Source of the DNA: Clostridia bacterium
GTDB lineage: Bacteria > Bacillota > Clostridia > Oscillospirales > CAG-272
Reading direction: 5' to 3'
Assembly (NCBI GenBank): GCA_017507145.1
Contig: JAFWBJ010000107.1
Location: 3,712-67,711, forward strand
Length of the DNA stretch: 64,000 nt
Both the position numbers and the translations under genes were made by a program. How positions within the stretch are numbered: the first letter of the stretch is position 1; each line of letters opens with the position of its first letter. Positions 45,165-54,194 of this stretch are shown one piece after another. Below the pieces are notes generated by a model. The model saw nothing but the letters and a program-made list of their open reading frames with translations. It did no database searches and had not been told where the DNA came from.

Positions 45165-45857
45165 ATGCGTTATAAAACCGAACTCCATCTGCATAATTCA
45201 GAGGTTAGCAATTGCGGCAAGGTTCCCTCCCGGGATTCGGCCGAAATCTATGTCGCGCACGGCTATTCGACCATTGTCGTTACCAACCACATGAGCAAAT
45301 TTACCTATAAGAATAAGAACTTCGATCATTCTGCACTTCCGTGGAAAGAAAAATGTGATTTTTTCATGAGCGGCTATCATGCAATGGTCGAAGCTGCCGC
45401 CGGCCGCTTTAACGTGCTCTTCGGCATGGAGCTTCGCTCCAACACCAACGACAACGATTACCTCATCTACGGCATGACCGAGGATTTTATGCGTTCCTGC
45501 CCTGAGATGATGGATATACCCATCAAGCAGCTGGTGCCGATGGTCCGCGAGGCCGGCATGCTCTTCTTCCAGGCGCACCCCTTCCGCAATAATATCAAGA
45601 TCACTGATCCCGCACTGCTTGACGGTATTGAGATTTACAATGGACACCCCGGTCACGACTCCCGCAACGAGATCGCTGAGCTTTGGGCGAAGAAGTTCAA
45701 CCTGCTCACCTCTTCGGGCACCGACTTCCACGATCCCGATCACATTCCGGTTGGCGGCATCGAAACCGATTTCCCCATCACGTCCAATGCGATCCTGCTC
45801 AAGACCCTGCGCGAGGGAAATTATTCCATCATCCGCGACGGATCGGCCCAGATTTGA
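45165..45857 (+). CDS. PHP-domain phosphoesterase
   Basis: ELHLHNSEVSNCG...VVTNH...FQAHPFR...SGTDFHD metal-ligand pattern of the PHP family. Confidence 0.75.
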   Translation: MRYKTELHLHNSEVSNCGKVPSRDSAEIYVAHGYSTIVVTNHMSKFTYKNKNFDHSALPWKEKCDFFMSGYHAMVEAAAGRFNVLFGMELRSNTNDNDYLIYGMTEDFMRSCPEMMDIPIKQLVPMVREAGMLFFQAHPFRNNIKITDPALLDGIEIYNGHPGHDSRNEIAELWAKKFNLLTSSGTDFHDPDHIPVGGIETDFPITSNAILLKTLREGNYSIIRDGSAQI

Positions 45858-45931
45858 TCCCTCCCGCATGAGGCAGCCCGCCGCCGGAGCTGCCGCATTG
45901 ACCCATTTCCGGCGGAGAATTGAGGGTTTTT

Positions 45932-46951
45932 ATGCAGCACAACGAGCAGCCCATTATTGAAATATCCGGCCTGCGTAAGGTTTTTCATACCAAGCAGGGC
46001 GATTTCACCGCGCTTGACGGCATTGATCTGACGATCGGCGCGGGCGACATCTTTGGCATCATCGGCCTCTCGGGCGCGGGGAAGAGTACCCTCGTCCGCT
46101 GTATCAACTATCTGGAGCGGCCGACCGAGGGAACCATCCGCTTTGACGGCATGGTGCTTGGGATGCTCAGCCAGACCGAATTGCGTGAGGCAAGACGGTC
46201 GATGGGCATGATCTTCCAGCAGTTCAATCTGCTGATGCAGCGCACGGCGCTGGGCAATATCTGCCTGCCGCTGGAGATTGCCGGCGTGCCTCGCAAAAAG
46301 GCAGAAGAACGGGCCCGCGAGCTGCTTGAGCTGGTCGGTCTGCCCGACCGCGCCGATGCCTATCCCGCCCAGCTCTCGGGCGGACAGAAGCAGCGTGTTG
46401 CTATCGCGCGCGCACTGGCGACCAACCCCAAGGTCCTCCTCTGCGACGAGGCCACCTCTGCCCTTGATCCCACCACCACCCGCTCGATTCTTGCTCTGCT
46501 CAAGGAGATCAACCAGAAGCTCGGCATTACGATCGTGGTCATTACGCACGAAATGCGTGTCATCGAGGAGATCTGCCGTCATGTTGCCATTATCGACAAC
46601 AGCCGCATCGCCGAAGTCGGCGAGGTCGAGGAGATCTTCGTCAATCCGCGCTCCGAGATTGCCCGCCGCCTCATCTTCCCCGACGGCATGCCGGTCGAGC
46701 GTCTGGGCAGCGAGCGCTGTGTGCGGATTGTGTTCGACGGCAACTCTTCCTTTGAGCCGGTGCTGGCGAATCTGGTCCTGGAGTGCGGGACTGCGGTCAA
46801 TATCCTCTTCGCCGATACCAAGGACATCGACGGCCGCGCCTTCGGGCAGATGCTGATTCAGCTTCCGGACGATGAACTTGCCCAAAAGCGCGTCTTCAAT
46901 TATCTCAACCGTACCGGAATTTCGCATAAGGAGGAATCGATCCATGCTTGA
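45932..46951 (+). CDS. metN: methionine ABC transporter ATP-binding protein
   Basis: GLSGAGKST, LSGGQKQRVAIARAL, LLCDEATSALD, and a C-terminal NIL domain. Confidence 0.9.
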   Translation: MQHNEQPIIEISGLRKVFHTKQGDFTALDGIDLTIGAGDIFGIIGLSGAGKSTLVRCINYLERPTEGTIRFDGMVLGMLSQTELREARRSMGMIFQQFNLLMQRTALGNICLPLEIAGVPRKKAEERARELLELVGLPDRADAYPAQLSGGQKQRVAIARALATNPKVLLCDEATSALDPTTTRSILALLKEINQKLGITIVVITHEMRVIEEICRHVAIIDNSRIAEVGEVEEIFVNPRSEIARRLIFPDGMPVERLGSERCVRIVFDGNSSFEPVLANLVLECGTAVNILFADTKDIDGRAFGQMLIQLPDDELAQKRVFNYLNRTGISHKEESIHA

Positions 46952-47606
46952 TCCCGCCATTTGGTCATTGATTGGCCGCAGCATTCTGGAAACCTTCTAC
47001 ATGGTTCTGGTTTCAACCTTTGCGTCGTATGTGATCGGCCTTCCGCTCGGTGTTTTGCTGGCCATCACCGACAAGGACGGTATTACCCCCTGCGCACCCG
47101 TCTATGCCGCACTTGGCTTTGTCATCAACGTCCTGCGCTCGGTCCCCTTTCTGATCCTGATGATGACCATCCAGCCCCTCACCCGTGCCATCGTCGGCAC
47201 CGTGCTGGGCTCCACGGCAACCATCGTTCCGCTGGTGGTCGGCGCATCTCCCTTTATCGCCCGCATGGTCGAATCATCGCTCAAGGAGGTCGACAGCGGC
47301 GTGATTGAAGCGGCAACTTCGATCGGCTGCTCGCCGATGCAGATCGTCTGGAAGGTGCTTCTGCCCGAAGCACGCCCCTCGCTGACGGTTGGCGCAGCGA
47401 TTTCGATCACCACCATCCTCGGTTACAGCGCGATGGCCGGCTTTGTCGGCGGCGGCGGACTTGGTTCGGTTGCCACTAACTACGGCTACTACCGTTACCA
47501 GGCCGATGTGATGTACATCATCGTCATCATTCTGGTCATCATCGTGCAGATTTTCCAAGAAGTCGGTATGCGCGCGTCCCGTCACCTGGACAAACGCATT
47601 CGCTGA
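46944..47606 (+). CDS. metI: methionine ABC transporter permease
   Basis: Five-TM MetI-type permease. ATG 46944 follows AAGGAGG and overlaps the metN stop. Confidence 0.9.
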   Translation: MLDPAIWSLIGRSILETFYMVLVSTFASYVIGLPLGVLLAITDKDGITPCAPVYAALGFVINVLRSVPFLILMMTIQPLTRAIVGTVLGSTATIVPLVVGASPFIARMVESSLKEVDSGVIEAATSIGCSPMQIVWKVLLPEARPSLTVGAAISITTILGYSAMAGFVGGGGLGSVATNYGYYRYQADVMYIIVIILVIIVQIFQEVGMRASRHLDKRIR

Positions 47607-47634
47607 TAAAGAAATTTTTTAGGAGGAATCCCCC

Positions 47635-48441
47635 ATGAAACGCATTTTCTGTCTGATTCTTGCCCTGGTTCTCTGCGCACTTCCGCTCTGCAGCTGCGGC
47701 GGCGGACGCGATGAGAACACCCTTCTCGTCGGTGCCAGCATCACCCCCCATGCCGAAATTCTTCGCCAGTGCGTCCCGCTGATGAAGGATAAGGGTTATA
47801 CGCTGGAGATCCGTGAGTTTGAGGACTACGTCATTCCCAACACCGCGCTTGAGTCGGGTGAGCTGGATGCTAACTACTTCCAGCACAAGCCCTACATGGA
47901 TGACTTCAACGCCAACAACGGTACCCACCTCGTTGCCGCTGCTTTCATTCACTATGAGCCGTTCGGCCTCTACGCCGGTAAGATCGCCAAGATTGAGGAT
48001 CTCGCAAACGGTTCGACCATCATCGTTCCCAACGACGGCACCAATGAGGCCCGCGCACTGATGCTGCTTGAGGCTCAGGGCCTGATCAAGCTCAAGGCAG
48101 ATGCCGGCTTCACCGCAACGGTGATCGACATCGCCGAGAATCCCAAGAACCTCACCATCAAAGAGGTTGACGCCGCCCAGCTTGCCCGCTCGCTGCAGGA
48201 TGTGGATATGGCCGTCATCAACGGCAACTACGCCATCCAGGCCGGTCTGAACCCCGCAACTGATGCCATCGCCATGGAGGATGCCACCGGCGGCGCAGGC
48301 ACCTACGCCAACATCATCTGCGTCAAGGAAGGCAACGAGAACGATCCGCGCGTCAAGGCCCTGATCGAGGTGCTCCAGAGCGAGACCATCAAGAACTATA
48401 TCAACGAAACCTACAAGGGTTCGGTCGTTCCGATGAACTAA
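47635..48441 (+). CDS. metQ: MetQ/NlpA-family methionine-binding lipoprotein
   Basis: Lipobox LPLCSCGG. LDANYFQH and NGNYA motifs of NlpA/MetQ. Confidence 0.9.
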   Translation: MKRIFCLILALVLCALPLCSCGGGRDENTLLVGASITPHAEILRQCVPLMKDKGYTLEIREFEDYVIPNTALESGELDANYFQHKPYMDDFNANNGTHLVAAAFIHYEPFGLYAGKIAKIEDLANGSTIIVPNDGTNEARALMLLEAQGLIKLKADAGFTATVIDIAENPKNLTIKEVDAAQLARSLQDVDMAVINGNYAIQAGLNPATDAIAMEDATGGAGTYANIICVKEGNENDPRVKALIEVLQSETIKNYINETYKGSVVPMN

Positions 48442-48448
48442 AACCGAA

Positions 48449-48479
48449 AGCGCCCTGCCATTCGGCAGGGCGCTGTTTT
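48449..48479. terminator. bidirectional terminator between metQ and the esterase gene
   Basis: AGCGCCCTGCC-attc-GGCAGGGCGCT followed by GTTTT. Confidence 0.8.
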
Positions 48480-50415
48480 ATTCTTTCGGAACCAGCATCA
48501 GCGACTCCATATTGACAAAATTCAGGGAGCAGCCGTGCTTGACAAAACGGAAATTCATACGCTCGATCTCGCCCTCCGGCAGACCGCCGAGGTGCACTGC
48601 ATAAGCATCCCAGCCGTCTCCCAGCACGTCTGTTTTTTCAATCGGCAGCGTCACCGCGTTGCCTTCTGTGTAAATCACTTCCAGCTGTGCATCCAGATTG
48701 ACGGTATTGTATAAATGCAGACGAAGGGCAGCATAATTCTGCAAATCAAGCCGATTGTAGGGATATGCTTTCACAAACACCCCGAAATTTTCTCCCTCGG
48801 CGGCGATGCGCAGACTTCCGTCCGTCTGGGTAAATGCCCGATCCGGACAGATCTCCGTGCCGCCAAGCGGCTGCCATATGGGACGGTAGAAGCAGTCCGG
48901 CAGACCGTCATGCGGTTGGTTCACCCAGACAGAGGTGCGGTGCAGATCCAGCCACGGCTTGCATTCGATTTTTATCGGCTTGTCCTGCTGGGTGGAAAAG
49001 GGCGCCACCGGGAATTCGCCGGCGAACAGATTCACCCCTTCCTCCAAAGAGGAGTAAGCGTAGGCTGCATGCAGCGGATTGCGCAGACACGGATGATATA
49101 CGGCCAGCGTATCCGGTGCCACGATTTCCCCCCGGGCTGCCATGTACAGGCCGTCTTTGCCGGCAATGTAAAGGCCGCGCAGCTTTTCGCCGCGGATATG
49201 CAGCCCGGAAGAGACATGCATGAAGCGAATCAGCAGACGGTTTCCTTCCTGCTTGTACGAATGCATCACGGCTGGCGTACGCTGTGTATCGCGGCCGTAA
49301 CAATTGCTTTCGGCCAGAAGGGCAAGACGGAAGCCTACATCGTATTTGTTGGAGGGATGAATGGGGTGATTGGGAAAATGAAATGACCAAATCGGCGGCA
49401 GATCTCCGATGGGCATGAAGGCGAATTTGTTTGGGTTCTCGACTGCGGTATCGATCAAAGCCTGATTCAGCGTGCCCACGCGGGTCTCGCCGCTCTTTCC
49501 GTAGGACCAATGAAACAAAAGGGAAGAGATCATCATAAATGCCTGCGGATCGACAGCGAAGCGCTTGGCATAGGCGCTGTGATAGCAGTGCAGATATGCC
49601 CGGTAGATTTTCCGTTCGAATTCCCGGGCGCTGTCGGTTTCGCCCTGATACCAGATAATGCCGCGGATCCGAACGCCCAGAAGAGGTGCAATCTTGCAGT
49701 TGTAAAGGCAGTAGGATTGATGGTAGTTTTCCGATTCGTGCTGATTCCAGGTTTCCTCATCGGGGAAAAGGTTGAACTCGGTAAATTTCGCAGACAGAAC
49801 CGGATCAGCCAGTACATCCGCCTCGGGAAGCCAGGCGCGCATATTGCTGCCGCCCCAAGCGGCATTGAGAATCCCGACGGGAATGCGATTATTCAAATAT
49901 CCGGTCAGTTCTTTGAGAAATGCTGTGCCGACAGCAGAAGCTGCCAGGAGCAGGTCACGGTTGTGCGCATCGCACCAGCTTCCGCCCAGCACATCGGAGG
50001 GCTGGCGGGGGAATTCGGCAGAGTCTTTGTCGGCGGGATAATCCTGCACAAAGATACGGATTGGCAGATCGGCCAGCGTGTCCAGATATGCATTGCATCC
50101 CGGCATGATGGCGTTGGTAAAAGCCATGTTGGATTGGCCGGAAGCAAGCCAGAGTTCACCGAAGAGAATATTTTCCAAGAGCAGCTCGTCGCCGTCGAAC
50201 AGCTGCAGGGTATACGGCTGCAGAGATGCGGCGGGAGTGTAAATCTCAGCCGAAAAATACCCATCCGAAACGGAAGCGGCGGCTTCTGTTACGGTATGGC
50301 CATCCAGTATCAGCCGGATCGATACAGAGGAACCGCCGGCTGTTCCCCGCAGGGTAAGTGTGGAATTTTGCTGAAACAGTGCACCGGATGAAAATACGGC
50401 AGGAAGACGGATCAT
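48478..50415 (-). CDS. sialate O-acetylesterase-like (SASA/SGNH-type) carbohydrate esterase with C-terminal extension
   Basis: Start at MIRLPAVFSSG. LASGQSNM and IIWYQGETDS motifs of the SASA family. No signal peptide. Visibly lower GC than its neighbours. Confidence 0.7.
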   Translation of the reverse strand: MIRLPAVFSSGALFQQNSTLTLRGTAGGSSVSIRLILDGHTVTEAAASVSDGYFSAEIYTPAASLQPYTLQLFDGDELLLENILFGELWLASGQSNMAFTNAIMPGCNAYLDTLADLPIRIFVQDYPADKDSAEFPRQPSDVLGGSWCDAHNRDLLLAASAVGTAFLKELTGYLNNRIPVGILNAAWGGSNMRAWLPEADVLADPVLSAKFTEFNLFPDEETWNQHESENYHQSYCLYNCKIAPLLGVRIRGIIWYQGETDSAREFERKIYRAYLHCYHSAYAKRFAVDPQAFMMISSLLFHWSYGKSGETRVGTLNQALIDTAVENPNKFAFMPIGDLPPIWSFHFPNHPIHPSNKYDVGFRLALLAESNCYGRDTQRTPAVMHSYKQEGNRLLIRFMHVSSGLHIRGEKLRGLYIAGKDGLYMAARGEIVAPDTLAVYHPCLRNPLHAAYAYSSLEEGVNLFAGEFPVAPFSTQQDKPIKIECKPWLDLHRTSVWVNQPHDGLPDCFYRPIWQPLGGTEICPDRAFTQTDGSLRIAAEGENFGVFVKAYPYNRLDLQNYAALRLHLYNTVNLDAQLEVIYTEGNAVTLPIEKTDVLGDGWDAYAVHLGGLPEGEIERMNFRFVKHGCSLNFVNMESLMLVPKE

Positions 50416-50464
50416 AACAGCGATGCGGGCAAATTGCCCTTCTCCTCTTTGTTTACTGTGGTTT

Positions 50465-50493
50465 ATTATACAACAGATCAAGGAAATTTGCAA
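50465..50493 (-). promoter_or_regulatory. sigma-A-type promoter for the SASA-like esterase gene
   Basis: On the minus strand: TTGCAA, 17 nt, TATAAT. Confidence 0.55.
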
Positions 50494-50633
50494 GATATTC
50501 CGCGCCTGAGAATTTACCATTTTCGGCATGGATGTTTATCATTTTTTTTACACATGCGTTTAATCAATTGTTTTTTTCCTGCTTATGTGCTAAACTGAAA
50601 ATACCATCTTGGCCAGGGGAGGTTTGGATCAAC

Positions 50634-51638
50634 ATGATTGATACGGAGGCCAAAAAGAAATATTTTGATCAAGGTGTGGAGCTGTTTGACGGTGATCCGG
50701 CGAAACCCGAAACCTGTATTTATCGGCTGACGGAGTCGGGTGTTCATTTTCGGCTGCATGAGATCGATTCCGGTCTTGGCGGCGATCCCGTGGAAATTGT
50801 ACAGTTCACCGATGTGCATTTCAATTTCTGCAATGAGAAGGACCGGGAAAACCGGGAGCTGCAGGGGACGCTGGAAAAACGCAAATGGTTGTCCAACGCT
50901 GCGTCTGTTGTTAGCTGTCAGAAGGCAATGGAATACGCATCCTTCTTCGATCAGACGGTCATTACCGGTGACATTCTGGATTACCTTTCGGATGGCGCAA
51001 TCGACCTGATGTGGGAGCACATTTGGAACGTAGATCCGGACGTGCTCTGTGCGGTAGGCGGTCATGAGTTCACGCGGCAGGTGCAGACCGGCATGCCGGA
51101 TCAGACCTCTTTTTCATCCCGCCGTGCTACGGTGCAGGCGGCATGGAAGCATAGGATTGATTATGTATCCAAGATCGTCGGTGATAAGGCGATGGTTATC
51201 GTCATGGACAATAATTACGCCAGCTTTTACGACAGCCAGGTCGAGCCGCTGCGTGCCGATCTCGCCCTGGCGCGTGAGAAGGGATATGCAGTACTGCTGT
51301 TTATGCACGAACCGATCAGTACCGGCAGGGAAGCGGATCGGGCTGTCAAGGCCATCCACGTCTATGACGGAGAATATTACGACATCTATGAAAAATGCTG
51401 TGCCGGAGCCCATTCCGGAGGCGTCACTGCGACCGTGTACCGCATGATTACCGAGAACGCTGATTTGGTGCGCGGTATTTACGTCGGCCACCTGCACAGC
51501 GCCTATTATACCGAGGTGATCGGCAGTTATCTGGATGAGTCCGAGGTGCGCCGGGAAAAGATGATCCCACAGTTTGTGCTGGAGGGAAATCCCTATGACA
51601 AGCACTGCGGGCATGTGCTGAAAATTACCGTGAGGTGA
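50634..51638 (+). CDS. calcineurin-like metallophosphoesterase
   Basis: VQFTDVHFN, TGDILDY, GGHEF, and VGHLHSAYY motifs. No signal peptide. Confidence 0.7.
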   Translation: MIDTEAKKKYFDQGVELFDGDPAKPETCIYRLTESGVHFRLHEIDSGLGGDPVEIVQFTDVHFNFCNEKDRENRELQGTLEKRKWLSNAASVVSCQKAMEYASFFDQTVITGDILDYLSDGAIDLMWEHIWNVDPDVLCAVGGHEFTRQVQTGMPDQTSFSSRRATVQAAWKHRIDYVSKIVGDKAMVIVMDNNYASFYDSQVEPLRADLALAREKGYAVLLFMHEPISTGREADRAVKAIHVYDGEYYDIYEKCCAGAHSGGVTATVYRMITENADLVRGIYVGHLHSAYYTEVIGSYLDESEVRREKMIPQFVLEGNPYDKHCGHVLKITVR

Positions 51639-51697
51639 GATTTTCGGCATCCGATCAGGGATAAGTTTTCTTTGTTATTTTTCTTACAGGAGTACAT

Positions 51698-52933
51698 ATG
51701 GCAACGTATTATCTTTCGGCAAACGGCTGTGACAGCCAGGACGGTCTGACACCGGAGACGGCATGGAAAACCATAGACAAGATCAATCAGATGCTGCAGG
51801 GCGGCGACACCGTATGCCTGCACTGCGGTGATACTTTTTGGGGGAAAATCTTTCCTCCGCGCGAGAACGTCACCGGAACGCCAACCACCTACACCTCTTA
51901 CGGTGAAGGGCCAAAACCGATTGTCAGCCAGTATAAGACTGCTCTGCCCGATGCATGGGAGGATTGCGGGGACGGCGTGTGGAAGCTGGACCTGAAGAAT
52001 ACGGCGAAATTCACCGGAAACGTGACAGAACTGGATACCAATGTCGGATTCTTGAACATCGACGGCAGCATATACCCCCGGAAGTGCTTTTCGCCCGATA
52101 GCCTGGAACTGCAGTGGGATTTCTGGAACGATGACCGGTATGTGTATGTCAAATCCAGCGCAGATCCCGCTTCGTTGGCCAGGACAATCTGTTTTGCCTG
52201 CAACATCAAATGCATGCGCTTTGCGGATGATCTTCTTGTGGAGAATATCATATTCAAGGGGGCCGGTGCCCACGGAATTTCCGGGACGGCACACCGTGCG
52301 ATGGTAAGAAATTGCGAATTCCATGAAATTGGCGGTTCCCAGCTGCCCGGCTTTTCGGTTCCCAACACCCGCTACGGAAACGGCGTAGAATGTTGGACCG
52401 ATTCCTCTGACGTTCTTGTGGAAAACTGTCGTTTCTCCGGGATTTATGATGTTGCCATTACCATGCAGGGCAATCGGGTGAAGAGCGGCTGGATCAATAT
52501 GACCTTCCGGGGTAACGTGATGTGGAATTGCCAGCAGTGTTTTGAAATCTGGTCTTCCGGAGAACTGCCTGAAACCGGCTTTGTGAACTGTGTGTTTGAA
52601 CAAAATGTGTGCATCGACTCGGGCTACTGCTGGGGCTATGCGGTGCGGCCGTACAAGCTCTGCGCGGCACATCTGCTGCTCTACGAGCTGAAATGTCCCC
52701 GCTGTGACATCGTGATCCGCAACAATACCTTCTGGCAGGCCAGGGTCTCGCCGATCTACAAATCCGGAGGCCCCGGACAGATCCCCTCTGACTATCGGAT
52801 CACCGGCAACACCTTTTTCCTCTCTCCCGGGCAGGATGTGGCATACCGGGACGGCTGTACGGAGGATGAATATCAGGCCTTCTATGACAGGCTCCGTGCG
52901 GAAAACCATCTTGTAGAAACCGCTTATGCATAA
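51698..52933 (+). CDS. right-handed parallel beta-helix repeat protein (pectate-lyase-fold)
   Basis: The N-terminus YYLSANGCDSQDGLTPETAWKTIDKIN...GGDTVCL is typical of beta-helix glycan enzymes, with repeated G..V.NC.F motifs. No signal peptide. Confidence 0.7.
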   Translation: MATYYLSANGCDSQDGLTPETAWKTIDKINQMLQGGDTVCLHCGDTFWGKIFPPRENVTGTPTTYTSYGEGPKPIVSQYKTALPDAWEDCGDGVWKLDLKNTAKFTGNVTELDTNVGFLNIDGSIYPRKCFSPDSLELQWDFWNDDRYVYVKSSADPASLARTICFACNIKCMRFADDLLVENIIFKGAGAHGISGTAHRAMVRNCEFHEIGGSQLPGFSVPNTRYGNGVECWTDSSDVLVENCRFSGIYDVAITMQGNRVKSGWINMTFRGNVMWNCQQCFEIWSSGELPETGFVNCVFEQNVCIDSGYCWGYAVRPYKLCAAHLLLYELKCPRCDIVIRNNTFWQARVSPIYKSGGPGQIPSDYRITGNTFFLSPGQDVAYRDGCTEDEYQAFYDRLRAENHLVETAYA

Positions 52934-52938
52934 GAAAA

Positions 52939-52984
52939 AACACGCTCCCGCCTTTCTCAAAAGAGATCGGTGGGAGCGTGTTTC
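52939..52984. terminator. hairpin between the beta-helix gene and the tRNA-Arg 3' end
   Basis: AACACGCTCCC...GGGAGCGTGTT with an inner TCTC/GAGA stem. A-run before and T-rich sequence after. Confidence 0.6.
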
Positions 52985-53061
52985 TGGCCCGCCCTACAGG
53001 ATTCGAACCTGCGACCATCGGAATCGGAATCCGGTACTCTATCCAGCTGAGCTAAAGGCGG
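52985..53061 (-). tRNA. tRNA-Arg (anticodon CCG), CCA encoded
   Basis: Hand-folded 77-nt cloverleaf. Acceptor CCGCCUU/AGGGCGG, D-arm GCUC-AGCUGGAUA-GAGU, and anticodon loop UUCCGAU. T-arm GCAGG-UUCGAAU-CCUGU, discriminator G, then CCA. Its own consensus promoter lies just upstream. Confidence 0.85.
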
Positions 53062-53071
53062 CTACCTAAAT

Positions 53072-53100
53072 AGTATACCACAAAATCCCGGATTTGTAAA
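53072..53100 (-). promoter_or_regulatory. sigma-A-type promoter for tRNA-Arg
   Basis: On the minus strand: TTTACA, 17 nt ending TGG, TATACT. The predicted start is only a few nt before the mature tRNA 5' end. Confidence 0.6.
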
Positions 53101-53136
53101 GACTTTTTGGAAATTTACTGCGGCTTTTTTCTGCGC

Positions 53137-53352
53137 TTATCCTTGGTTTTCTTTGTCGATATCCGGTTGAACAGGCTTGCAAGACGCCGAGTCCGTCCTT
53201 TGATGCGGTTGGCTTTTCGGCTTTTCCGTGGAGGGACACTTTTCGGCGGGGGACTCTTCCGCCTGCTCGGCATGTCCCCAATACTTCTCGCGCAGTTCTT
53301 TCGGAAAGTAGTCTTCCGGTTCGACATAGCGAATTTCGATTTTCTTCTTCAT
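53137..53352 (-). CDS. hypothetical small protein (71 aa from MKKK) between the S24 repressor gene and tRNA-Arg
   Basis: ORF in the 335-bp gap. The N-terminus (MKKKIEIRYVEPEDYFPKELREKYW) looks ordered and the rest is Pro/Glu/Lys/Ser-rich. There is no convincing RBS, so coding status is uncertain. Confidence 0.3.
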   Translation of the reverse strand: MKKKIEIRYVEPEDYFPKELREKYWGHAEQAEESPAEKCPSTEKPKSQPHQRTDSASCKPVQPDIDKENQG

Positions 53353-53396
53353 GATGATATGTACAACCTTGGTCAATGCGATTTTTTATCGGTGCA

Positions 53397-54161
53397 TTAC
53401 TTTTGCTTTGCCTTCATGCGCCCGACCACGCGGCCGCAGCAGACGAAGCTGCTGGCCGATGTTACCGGGATGGGAGCATAGGCAGGATTGAGCGAGATCA
53501 GACGGTCGCCGCCCCAAACCTTGACGTAACCCTCGCCGTCCAGAATGAAGATGCCAACCTCACCCTCGCTGACGCTGTCGGTTTGCTCAACCAGAAGCAG
53601 ATCACGGTCGTTGAAGCGGGGCTCCATACTGTTGCCGCTGATGCGCAGCACAAAATCTGCAGCAGGGTTTGCTTCGGCAGGGATAGTGATCGGCTTGGCA
53701 CCGCTGTCCTCGAGATAAGCGCCGGTGCCGGCAGAGACGGGCAGGTGATAGAGGGGAAGGGTGCGCTGATTCCGGACCGTCTTGGGTGGGGACAGGCGGA
53801 TCGCGCGGTGTGCCGACTGCTCGCCGCCGGCCGCCGGTGCATATCCGGCCTCATGCTGTATCAGCAGAGAAACCGCCTTCTGTCCGCGCGCATCCAGGCT
53901 GCGGTACTGTTCGATTAACGAAATCTCGTCGGTGGTGAGGGTGTAGTTATGGGTGTTCTCAGGTGTGCCGTAAACGGCAAAGTCAAGCGAAAGGCCGAGG
54001 GCCTGGCAAATTGCGGTCAGATTGCCCAGCTTGGGTGAGTCGTTCATACCGGCCAGCAGCTTGCTCAGCGTGCCCATCGGTACGCCGCTGACGGCAGAAA
54101 GCTGCTCGTTGGTCATGCCGAGCTCAGCCTTGCGTGTTTTGAGACGAGATACATAATCCAT
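53397..54161 (-). CDS. XRE-family HTH + S24 peptidase (LexA/CI-like) autocleavable repressor
   Basis: N-terminal HTH_XRE (LGMTNEQLSAVSGVPMGTLSKLLAG). Ala-Gly site in LPVSAGTGAYL, Ser in ISGNSMEP, and Lys in GYVKVW. ATG 54161 lies 7 nt after AAAGGGGA. Confidence 0.85.
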   Translation of the reverse strand: MDYVSRLKTRKAELGMTNEQLSAVSGVPMGTLSKLLAGMNDSPKLGNLTAICQALGLSLDFAVYGTPENTHNYTLTTDEISLIEQYRSLDARGQKAVSLLIQHEAGYAPAAGGEQSAHRAIRLSPPKTVRNQRTLPLYHLPVSAGTGAYLEDSGAKPITIPAEANPAADFVLRISGNSMEPRFNDRDLLLVEQTDSVSEGEVGIFILDGEGYVKVWGGDRLISLNPAYAPIPVTSASSFVCCGRVVGRMKAKQK

Positions 54162-54194
54162 GATTTTGTCCCCTTTTGTTCCATTGTTGAACAT

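Noticed and set aside
52985-53061. Searched by eye for a direct repeat of the tRNA-Arg 3' end and for an integrase to call a genomic island or prophage.
   Set aside because: No copy of the TGGCCCGCCCTACAGGATTCGAACC segment or a sizeable part of it was seen near 48440-48480 or elsewhere in the window, and there is no integrase nearby. Only the compositional observation is reported.
53107-53481. 124-aa plus-strand ORF in the repressor/tRNA gap.
   Set aside because: It overlaps the 3' end of the S24 repressor gene in antisense and has no RBS. Its composition is Leu/Phe/Arg-rich and looks non-coding.
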